A stretch of DNA of 64,000 nucleotides from Syntrophales bacterium (GTDB lineage Bacteria; Desulfobacterota; Syntrophia; Syntrophales; UBA2210): NCBI GenBank assembly GCA_023228425.1, contig JALOBE010000004.1:1912-65911 (forward strand), given 5' to 3'. How positions within the stretch are numbered: position 1 is the first letter of the stretch; each line of letters starts with the position of its first letter. Shown here in pieces: positions 56,885-64,000 of this stretch. Under the pieces are notes generated by a model. The model was not told where the DNA came from. It saw only the letters and a program-made list of their open reading frames with translations, and made no database searches. The translations under genes and the position numbers were made by a program.

Positions 56885-56983
56885 CTGAACCTCCCCGCGG
56901 CAATAACAGTTCATAACGGAGGATGAGACTCTCATCAAAGGGATGAATTTGTCAAGATAAATCCGAGGACGGCACGGGCCGCC

Positions 56984-58273
56984 TTATCGTCCGAGTCTTC
57001 GTTTCACCGACGACGCGTGCGCGTCCAGCCCCTCCAGGAGCGCGAAGCGGACGGCGGCGTCCCCGATTTCCTCAAGGGATCGGGGCGTTAAGGAAACCAG
57101 GCTGGTCCTCTTGACGAAATCATACACACCCAGAGGTGACGCGAATCGCGCCGTTCCAGCCGTGGGCAGGATGTGATTGGGGCCCGCCATGTAGTCGCCT
57201 ACCGCTTCAGGGGTGTTGTGTCCCAGAAAAACCGCGGAGGCGTTTACAACGGCGTCGAGCAGCTTCCGCGGTTCGGCCACCATCAGTTCCAGGTGTTCCG
57301 GAGCGAAACGGTTCGCGATCGCCACGGCTTCGTCGATGTCGCCGGTGACGATGATCCTGCCGAATCGTTCCAGGGAGACGGCGGCAATCGACTTTCGGGA
57401 CAGTAGTTTCAACTGGCGGGTCACCTCGGTGACGACTTCGACGGCGAGGGCTTCATCGGGTGTCAGGAGGATTGATGATGCCTGCTCGTCATGCTCCGCC
57501 TGGGAGAGGAGGTCGGCGGCGACCAGTTCGGGCGATGCCGATCCGTCGGCGATGATCAGGATCTCACTGGGGCCGGCTATCATGTCGATGCCCACGGTGC
57601 CGAAAACGAGGCGCTTCGCCGTCGCGACGTAGATGTTCCCGGGGCCCACGATCTTGTCGACGGCGGGGATCGATTCAGTTCCATAGGCGAGGGCCGCGAT
57701 GGCCTGGGCGCCGCCGACGCGGTAGATGCGATCGATTCCGGCGATGTGTGCCGCCGCCAGTATCAGCGGATTGACGACACCCTTCCTCGCGGGCGTGACG
57801 AGAAACAGTTCCCGAACTCCGGCTATGCGGGCGGGTATCGCCGCCATGAGAACCGTCGAGGGGTAGGGGGCGAGTCCCCCGGGGGCATAGACGCCAACCC
57901 GTTGCAGGGGGCGGACTATCTGCCCCAGCTCCGTTCCCGTATCATCGGTGGTAAACCATGACTCAACCTTCTGCATGCGGTGAAACCGTTCTATGCGATT
58001 CGCTGAAAGTGTAAGGGCAGCCAGGTCGGCGGGGTCGATCACGGGAAGGGCCTCTTCGATTTCTTCAGGCCGTACCCGCACAGTACCGGCGTCAAGGGTG
58101 CTGTCGTCAAAGTGCCGGGTGTATTCGAAAAGCGCCTCGTCACCCCGGGTGGCTACGTCCCTGACGATTTTCTCGACATCACGGAGTACTGTTTCATCTG
58201 TCGGTTCCCCCCGCTTCAGCAGGCGGCGCAGTTCCGCTTCAAATGTTTCGGACCGGGACCTGATAATTTTCAT
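56984..58273 (-). CDS. hisD: Histidinol dehydrogenase
   Basis: ORF trimmed to MKIIRSRSE, which follows the murA TAG. The length and pattern are HisD-like (SQAEHD, GDYMAGPNHILPT). Confidence 0.85.
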   Translation of the reverse strand: MKIIRSRSETFEAELRRLLKRGEPTDETVLRDVEKIVRDVATRGDEALFEYTRHFDDSTLDAGTVRVRPEEIEEALPVIDPADLAALTLSANRIERFHRMQKVESWFTTDDTGTELGQIVRPLQRVGVYAPGGLAPYPSTVLMAAIPARIAGVRELFLVTPARKGVVNPLILAAAHIAGIDRIYRVGGAQAIAALAYGTESIPAVDKIVGPGNIYVATAKRLVFGTVGIDMIAGPSEILIIADGSASPELVAADLLSQAEHDEQASSILLTPDEALAVEVVTEVTRQLKLLSRKSIAAVSLERFGRIIVTGDIDEAVAIANRFAPEHLELMVAEPRKLLDAVVNASAVFLGHNTPEAVGDYMAGPNHILPTAGTARFASPLGVYDFVKRTSLVSLTPRSLEEIGDAAVRFALLEGLDAHASSVKRRLGR

Positions 58274-58274
58274 C

Positions 58275-59528
58275 CTATTCCCTGACCCTCCTGATGTTCG
58301 CTCCGAGGCGGGACAATTTTTTTTCGATGCGCTCATACCCTCGATCGATATGATAGACTCGGGACAGTTCTGTTTTTCCCTCCGCCACGAGACCCGCCAG
58401 CACCAGCGACGCGGAAGCCCGCAGGTCGGTCGCCATGACGGGGGCCCCCCTGAGCCGCTCCACACCGCTCACGATAGCCTGATTGTTGTCGATTACAATG
58501 TCGGCGCCCATCCTCATCAGTTCGTTTACATGCATGAACCTGTTTTCAAAAACCGTTTCCCGGATCACGCTGATGCCGTTGCCCACGGACATGAGAGCCA
58601 TCATCTGGGCCTGCAGGTCCGTGGGAAACCCCGGATAGGGGAGTGTCGTGAGGTCTACGCTCTCGATGGAGCGTCTCACGGAGACTCTCGCTTCATCTTC
58701 GCCGGTCTCGATGGTTACGCCCGCTTCCCGCAACTTGGCCATGAGGGCCTCCAGATGCTTCGGTTCACACCCCTTGAGCAGGACATCGCCTCCGGTGATG
58801 GCCGCCGCGATCATGAAGGTGCCCGCCTCGACGCGGTCGGCTATGATACGGTCCTCCACCCCATGAAGCAACGAGACTCCTTCTATGGTGATGACATCCG
58901 TTCCCGCTCCCCTGACCCTGGCTCCCATGCCGTTGAGAACCCGGGCGAGATTCTCCACCTCCGGTTCCTTGGCCGCGTTTTCGAGTACCGTCGTTCCCCG
59001 GGCGAGGGTTGCTGCCATCATGATATTTTCAGTTCCCGTCACGGTTGAGGTATCAAAAAAAATCGTCGCGCCCGTAAGGCCCTTCGTCGTCGCCACCACG
59101 TAACCGTCATGAAGGTCGATGTCGGCTCCCATGGCCCGGAGGGCTTTCAGATGGAGGTTTACGGGACGGGCCCCGATGGCGCACCCCCCGGGAAGTGACA
59201 CTCGGGCTTTTCCCGTTCTGGCCAGCAGGGGGCCGAGGACAAGGATTGAGGCCCGCATGGTTTTTACCAGGTCGTAGGAGGCTTCGCAATTCTCTATCTT
59301 CCGTGCCTGTATTCGAAAGGATTCCTCGTCTTTTTCGATCTCTGCCCCCAGGCCGGCGAGCAGTTTGCCGATCGTGTGGACGTCGACGAGGTCGGGTACG
59401 TTATAAAAGGTGCAGCGTTCCTCTGTCAAAAGGGATGACGCCAGTATGGGGAGGGCCGCGTTCTTTGCGCCGCTGATGGGGACATCGCCCGTCAGCCGTT
59501 CACCTCCCTGGATAATGATCCTGCCCAT
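58275..59528 (-). CDS. murA: UDP-N-acetylglucosamine 1-carboxyvinyltransferase
   Basis: ORF trimmed to [29 protein letters not shown]. Confidence 0.9.
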   Translation of the reverse strand: MGRIIIQGGERLTGDVPISGAKNAALPILASSLLTEERCTFYNVPDLVDVHTIGKLLAGLGAEIEKDEESFRIQARKIENCEASYDLVKTMRASILVLGPLLARTGKARVSLPGGCAIGARPVNLHLKALRAMGADIDLHDGYVVATTKGLTGATIFFDTSTVTGTENIMMAATLARGTTVLENAAKEPEVENLARVLNGMGARVRGAGTDVITIEGVSLLHGVEDRIIADRVEAGTFMIAAAITGGDVLLKGCEPKHLEALMAKLREAGVTIETGEDEARVSVRRSIESVDLTTLPYPGFPTDLQAQMMALMSVGNGISVIRETVFENRFMHVNELMRMGADIVIDNNQAIVSGVERLRGAPVMATDLRASASLVLAGLVAEGKTELSRVYHIDRGYERIEKKLSRLGANIRRVRE

Positions 59529-60393
59529 TGTGATACCGCCCTGCTTTTTTTCTGCCCGCCATGACACGGTCCCGGCCCGTCATGTCGCGTCTGGAATGAA
59601 TCCGGTCGTACAGTCCCGAGTCCTCAAACAGTTCATCCACCTGCCGTCGCTGCCCGTCACCGATTTCCATGATCAGCCATCCGCCGTCGATGAGAAAGAG
59701 GTGCGCCTCGTCTATGAGCCGCTTGTGAAACCCGGTACCCTCGGGACCGGCCACGAGCGCTTCTCTGGGTTCAAAATCCCGCACCCCCCGGGGCAGTGAC
59801 TGCCAGGCATTGTCCGCTATATAGGGAGGGTTGGAGCAGACTATATCAAATTTTTCTTCCAGGGGGCCAAATAAATCACCGCAAAGGAACATGATTCGAT
59901 CGTCCACGCCGTGCTTCCGGGCATTGTTGATAGCCAGGGCAAGTGCCGCCTCCGACGTGTCGGTGGCGACGATGATTCTGCCGGGTGCTTCACGGGCAAG
60001 GGCGATTCCTATGGCCCCGCTTCCCGTACCGATTTCGAGGATTTTCCCTTCCGGGGGAGGAATGCCGTTCAGGAGTTCCAGCGTTTCTTCCACCACCGTT
60101 TCCGTGTCCGGCCGTGGAATGAGGACGTCGTTGGAAACAGTCATGGAGAGGGACCAGAATTCCTTTTCCCCGACGATATAGGCTACGGGTTCCCCTTTCG
60201 ATCTGCGCGCCAGGGCCCGGCCGAACCGTTCCCGTTCATCATCGGTGAGAAAACGTTCTGAATGGGCATGGAGACTGATTCTTCCGACATCGAGGCACCA
60301 GCCGAGAAGTACCTCCCCGTCGAGTCGGGCTGAGGGCGAACCGCTTTCTCGTAATAAAGCTTCGGCATTGCGGAGCGTGCTTTTTACATTCAT
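59500..60393 (-). CDS. prmC: Release-factor glutamine N5-methyltransferase
   Basis: 297 aa with SAM motif EIGTGSGAI and the NPPY motif. Confidence 0.85.
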   Translation of the reverse strand: MNVKSTLRNAEALLRESGSPSARLDGEVLLGWCLDVGRISLHAHSERFLTDDERERFGRALARRSKGEPVAYIVGEKEFWSLSMTVSNDVLIPRPDTETVVEETLELLNGIPPPEGKILEIGTGSGAIGIALAREAPGRIIVATDTSEAALALAINNARKHGVDDRIMFLCGDLFGPLEEKFDIVCSNPPYIADNAWQSLPRGVRDFEPREALVAGPEGTGFHKRLIDEAHLFLIDGGWLIMEIGDGQRRQVDELFEDSGLYDRIHSRRDMTGRDRVMAGRKKAGRYHNGQDHYPGR

Positions 60394-60454
60394 GGAGGAT
60401 TCCGTACCGGGGCAACAGAAAGGACCGGTCGCCGGGGCAGTCCCCGGCCCGGAC

Positions 60455-61519
60455 TTATTCCGTTTTCAGCGCCGCGGCCTGGTAGTGAGTGGCCAGGGCA
60501 TCGACAAGAGGCTCCAGGTCGCCGTTCAGAACGTCGATCAGGTTGTAAAGAGTCAACCCTATACGATGGTCCGTGATCCGTCCCTGGGGGAAGTTATAGG
60601 TTCGGATCCGCTGGCTCCGGTCTCCGCTTCCCACTTGCAGCTTCCTGCTTTCTGAAATGGCGGCGTTCTGTTCTTCCTCCATGCGGTCCAGCAGCCGTGC
60701 CCGGAGGACCTTCAAGGCCTTTGCCTTGTTTTTGTGTTGTGATTTTTCATCCTGGCAGGTGACGACAAGTCCCGTGGGGATATGGGTTATCCTCACCGCG
60801 GAGTCCGTTGTATTGACGCTCTGCCCCCCGTGGCCCGTTGAACGGTAGACGTCAATTCTCAGGTCGTTCGGGTCGATGGTGACTTCAACGTCTTCCGCTT
60901 CAGGCAGAACAGCCACGGTGACGGCCGATGTGTGAATTCTTCCCTGGGCTTCCGTGACGGGAACCCTCTGAACCCGATGGACGCCGCTTTCGTATTTCAG
61001 GCGGCCATAGGCGTACTGCCCTTCGACAAGCATCACTACTTCCTTGAAGCCACCCATCCCGCTCGATGTGCCGGTGCTGATCACGTCGATCTTCCAGCCG
61101 GACCGCTCGGCATAGATGGCGTACATGCGGAACAGATCGGCCGCGAAGAGAGACGCTTCCTCACCGCCTGTACCGGCCCTGATTTCCAGGAAGACGTTCC
61201 GGTCATCGTTCGGGTCCCGGGGGACAATGAGTGTCTTGAGACGCGCTTCCAGGGTATCGAGTTGTTCCTCCAGGGCGTCGATTTCCGCGCCGGCGAGTTC
61301 CCGCATCTCGCGGTCGCCGTCTTGCAACAGCAATCGGTTCTCCTCGAGCTGGTTCTTTGTTTTTTCGTAGTCCCGCCAGGTATCTACGAGCGGCGAGATG
61401 TCGGCGTGCTCTTTCGCGTATTTCTGATACTCGGCGTAATTCTTCACCACCGCCGCGTCGCTCAGAAGATGTTCGAGCTCGTTGTGTCGCTTCTCAATGT
61501 CCTTCAGTTTCGAGAACAT
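60455..61519 (-). CDS. prfA: Peptide chain release factor 1
   Basis: 354 aa with the GGQ motif ([17 protein letters not shown]) and the PVT tripeptide (RVQRVPVTE). Confidence 0.9.
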   Translation of the reverse strand: MFSKLKDIEKRHNELEHLLSDAAVVKNYAEYQKYAKEHADISPLVDTWRDYEKTKNQLEENRLLLQDGDREMRELAGAEIDALEEQLDTLEARLKTLIVPRDPNDDRNVFLEIRAGTGGEEASLFAADLFRMYAIYAERSGWKIDVISTGTSSGMGGFKEVVMLVEGQYAYGRLKYESGVHRVQRVPVTEAQGRIHTSAVTVAVLPEAEDVEVTIDPNDLRIDVYRSTGHGGQSVNTTDSAVRITHIPTGLVVTCQDEKSQHKNKAKALKVLRARLLDRMEEEQNAAISESRKLQVGSGDRSQRIRTYNFPQGRITDHRIGLTLYNLIDVLNGDLEPLVDALATHYQAAALKTE

Positions 61520-61630
61520 GTAAACGGCTCACCGTCCTTTGGCGGTCCTGGGGGAAATGAATGGTTTTGACGGCAGGGGGGATCAGCGGTATTCCTCTGT
61601 GACGGCCGGGGATGTCCGGGGTAATGCGGG

Positions 61631-61843
61631 TTATTTTTCTTTGGTGATGCCGGCATATTTCTTTTTGAATTTTTCGACTCTTCCGGCGGTATCGATTATC
61701 TTCTGCTTTCCCGTCATAAACGGGTGACAGTTGGAGCATATTTCAACTTTGATGTCCGGCTTCGTCGACCTGGTTTCAAACACGTTGCCGCATACGCAGG
61801 AGACCGTCGCTTTATCATAATCGGGATGAATGCCTTTTTTCAT
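61631..61843 (-). CDS. rpmE: 50S ribosomal protein L31
   Basis: 70 aa: MKKGIHPDY...CxC...CSNCHPF. Confidence 0.9.
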   Translation of the reverse strand: MKKGIHPDYDKATVSCVCGNVFETRSTKPDIKVEICSNCHPFMTGKQKIIDTAGRVEKFKKKYAGITKEK

Positions 61844-61921
61844 GGGGCGCGTTTCCTTTATTGAATTCTGGACAAGATCGTATAGGGTACTTTTCAGTAA
61901 AATGCAAGAGGGATTATAAAC

Positions 61922-63169
61922 CTACTGGTTCATGGACAGGAAAAAGTCCTGGTTCGTTTCAGTTCTCCTGATCTTGTCGATGATGAATTCCATGGCGTCC
62001 ACGGCATTCATCTCCTGCAGGAGCCGCCGCAGGATCCACACCCGGTTGAGGTTTTCCTTGGGAATGAGAAGCTCTTCCTTCCGCGTGCCGGAGCGGACGA
62101 GGTCGAAGGCGGGGAACACCCTTCGATCGGCGATTTTCCGGTCCAGATGAAGTTCCATGTTGCCCGTTCCTTTGAATTCTTCGAAGATGACTTCATCCAT
62201 TCGGCTTCCCGTGTCGATGAGGGCCGTCGAGATGATGGTAAGACTTCCGCCGCCTTCGATGTTTCGTGCGGCGCCGAAAAACCGTTTCGGCTTGTGGAGG
62301 GCATTGGAATCGACGCCTCCCGACAGAATTTTTCCGCTGGGGGGAACGACGGTATTGTAGGCGCGGGCAAGCCTGGTGATGCTGTCCAGGAGAATGACCA
62401 CGTCCCGGTTGTGTTCGACGAGGCGTTTCGCCTTTTCGATTACCATTTCGGCGACCTGAACATGGCGTACGGGTGTTTCGTCAAAGGTGGACGAGATGAC
62501 TTCGCCGTCAACGCTTCTTTCCATGTCCGTTACTTCTTCGGGGCGTTCGTCAATGAGCAGAACCATGAGAACGACCTCTTTGTGGTTCGATGTGATACTG
62601 TTGGCTATGTCCTGCAGAAGGACCGTCTTGCCCGCCCTGGGCGGTGACACGATAAGTCCCCGCTGGCCCTTTCCTATGGGAGTGAAAATATCCATGATCC
62701 TGGTGGAGTAGTTCTCGGGATCTGATTCCAGATTGAATTTCTCCTCCGGATAGAGGGGCGTGAGATTGTCAAAGAGGATTTTGTCCCTGGCTGCCTCGGG
62801 AGTTTCGTAATTAACCATTCCGACCTTGAGCAGAGCGAAATATTTTTCCCCTTCCTTGGGGGGGCGTATTTCCCCGGAAATGGTGTCGCCCGTCCTGAGG
62901 CCGAACCGCCGTATCTGTGAAGGTGAGATGTATATGTCGTCTGGTCCGGGAAGATAATTGTAATCGGGTGACCGGAGAAAACCGAAACCGTCGGGGAGCG
63001 TCTCGAGGACGCCTTCCCCGGAAATAGAGCCGTTTTTTTCGGACTGGTACTGGAGAATGGCGAACATCAGATCCTGCCGGCGCAGGCTGCTCGCATCGGG
63101 AACATTGAGTTCCTTGGCGAGAACGTTCAGCTCCCCAATGGACTGCTTTTTCAATTCAGCAATATTCAT
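61922..63169 (-). CDS. rho: Transcription termination factor Rho
   Basis: ORF trimmed to [15 protein letters not shown]. Contains Walker A SPPRAGKT and RNA-binding domain motifs. Confidence 0.9.
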   Translation of the reverse strand: MNIAELKKQSIGELNVLAKELNVPDASSLRRQDLMFAILQYQSEKNGSISGEGVLETLPDGFGFLRSPDYNYLPGPDDIYISPSQIRRFGLRTGDTISGEIRPPKEGEKYFALLKVGMVNYETPEAARDKILFDNLTPLYPEEKFNLESDPENYSTRIMDIFTPIGKGQRGLIVSPPRAGKTVLLQDIANSITSNHKEVVLMVLLIDERPEEVTDMERSVDGEVISSTFDETPVRHVQVAEMVIEKAKRLVEHNRDVVILLDSITRLARAYNTVVPPSGKILSGGVDSNALHKPKRFFGAARNIEGGGSLTIISTALIDTGSRMDEVIFEEFKGTGNMELHLDRKIADRRVFPAFDLVRSGTRKEELLIPKENLNRVWILRRLLQEMNAVDAMEFIIDKIRRTETNQDFFLSMNQ

Positions 63170-63534
63170 GCTCTTCCCCTCGGGATACGTAGTTTTCATA
63201 ACGATGGCGCGGAGAGCCGAAGCGCCCCCGCCGGCATAATCACAGGTTATGACAGGATAACCGTTATTGTTTAATTTCAGAGATCCATTGATGAACCGGG
63301 ATATGGAGGTATACCTGTCGATACGGTGTGTGTGACAAACCTTCTTGGCGATGAGAATTCCGGAACTGCTTGAGCTGCATCAAGCACCTTTGTTCTCAGG
63401 CACAGACTGCTGAACTGTATTCGAAACGCAACAAGAATCCTGCAAAGACCCTCTGATGGTACTCACTTGTTTCGGAACGTACGAATTGCTTTACAGGAAA
63501 GGATATAGGATCCAAGTCTTTTTCAAGGTAAAGG

Positions 63535-63563
63535 ACTATATATAATACTGTGGTGCGTGTCAA
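63535..63563 (-). promoter_or_regulatory. Candidate sigma-70 promoter for rho
   Basis: The minus strand reads TTGACA, a 17-nt spacer, then TATAGT, about 365 nt upstream of the rho ATG. Confidence 0.45.
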
Positions 63564-63585
63564 GATAAATCGTCAGATAAATCGT

Positions 63586-64000
63586 TTAGAGCAACATAAT
63601 GCCGCTCACCTGCCGTCCCGCCCCGGTGCCTTCAGCCCGCCGGGAGTGGAAAAGGTCCCTTCGGCATGCCGTGCAGAGCGGGATCGTGATAATGTTGCCG
63701 GCGGAAAGACCCGCATCCAGCAGCTGATGCCGATTGGCTCCCGGCAGGTCAAGCATCCGCCGTCCCCCTGACGATGCGTCACTGAACACGGCGTTGCGCC
63801 GGACCCGGGAACCCATTGCTTCATAGACGTCATTGCCCACTTCGTAGCAGCAGGGACCGATGGCCGGGCCGATGACGGCAATGATATCCGACGGCCCGCA
63901 GGAAAAACGATCCACAAAGAGGGCGATGGCCTGTGCCGCTATGCCCAGGGCTGTTCCTTTCCATCCGGCGTGGATCGCTCCGACAACCCGCCGCGCGGGA
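63586..64000 (-). CDS. pgeF: YfiH/PgeF (DUF152) polyphenol-oxidase-like / peptidoglycan editing factor; N-terminus outside the window
   Basis: The frame is open to the window edge. It contains GAIHAGWKGTALGI and PAIGPCCYEVG and ends ..RQVSGIMLL. Confidence 0.75.
   Translation of the reverse strand, partial: PARRVVGAIHAGWKGTALGIAAQAIALFVDRFSCGPSDIIAVIGPAIGPCCYEVGNDVYEAMGSRVRRNAVFSDASSGGRRMLDLPGANRHQLLDAGLSAGNIITIPLCTACRRDLFHSRRAEGTGAGRQVSGIMLL

Overview
This is a 64-kb chromosomal window with no rRNA, CRISPR array, transposase or integrase. All calls come from reading the sequence and ORF translations by eye, with no searches run. GC is roughly 58-62% in sampled lines. Gene content suggests an anaerobic deltaproteobacterium-like (Syntrophales-type) genome, but that is inference only.

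Layout:
- 1-4.2 kb: a lower-GC island (about 45-52% in sampled lines, falling to an AT-rich spacer). It ends at a tRNA-Leu(CAG) and carries a translationally coupled SIR2-like/HerA-like pair, the known SIR2-HerA (Nezha-type) anti-phage architecture. Upstream is a 5'-truncated deoxyribosyltransferase/TIR-like gene.
- 4.4-7.6 kb: ribF, nfi, a truncated cutA remnant and pyrE.
- 7.9-16.6 kb: a minus-strand vitamin-B12/metal-chelate uptake cluster (cobalamin riboswitch, FecCD-type permease, ATPase, TonB-dependent receptor, BtuF-like binding protein, exbB-exbD-tonB).
- 16.8-26.1 kb: ddh, an acyl-CoA ligase and a Liv-type ABC transporter.
- 26.2-33 kb: housekeeping genes (NYN protein, holA, LOG, rpsU, lplA-family, gcvH, pepP, yhhQ-queF).
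- 33.3-45.2 kb: a type IV pilus locus. It holds pilA with a sigma54 promoter and tandem upstream dyads, the fimT/pilV/pilW/pilX/pilY1 minor-pilin operon, pilMNOPQ and ftsB.
- 45.4-64 kb: a conserved block (COG1900, dut, pnp, rpsO, truB, an rbfA-nrnA fusion, DUF503, infB, nusA, rimP, tRNA-Gly, hisD, murA, prmC, prfA, rpmE, rho, pgeF).

The most unusual signal is not a gene. A modular, polar, MITE-like repeat family built on the 10-nt core TCGAARTGAC fills nine intergenic regions between 5.5 and 18.4 kb, plus one at 45.2 kb. It forms phased 21-22-nt arrays and large dyad composites, abuts several stop codons, and replaces the 5' half of cutA. It also sits between the B12 riboswitch and the gene that riboswitch should control.
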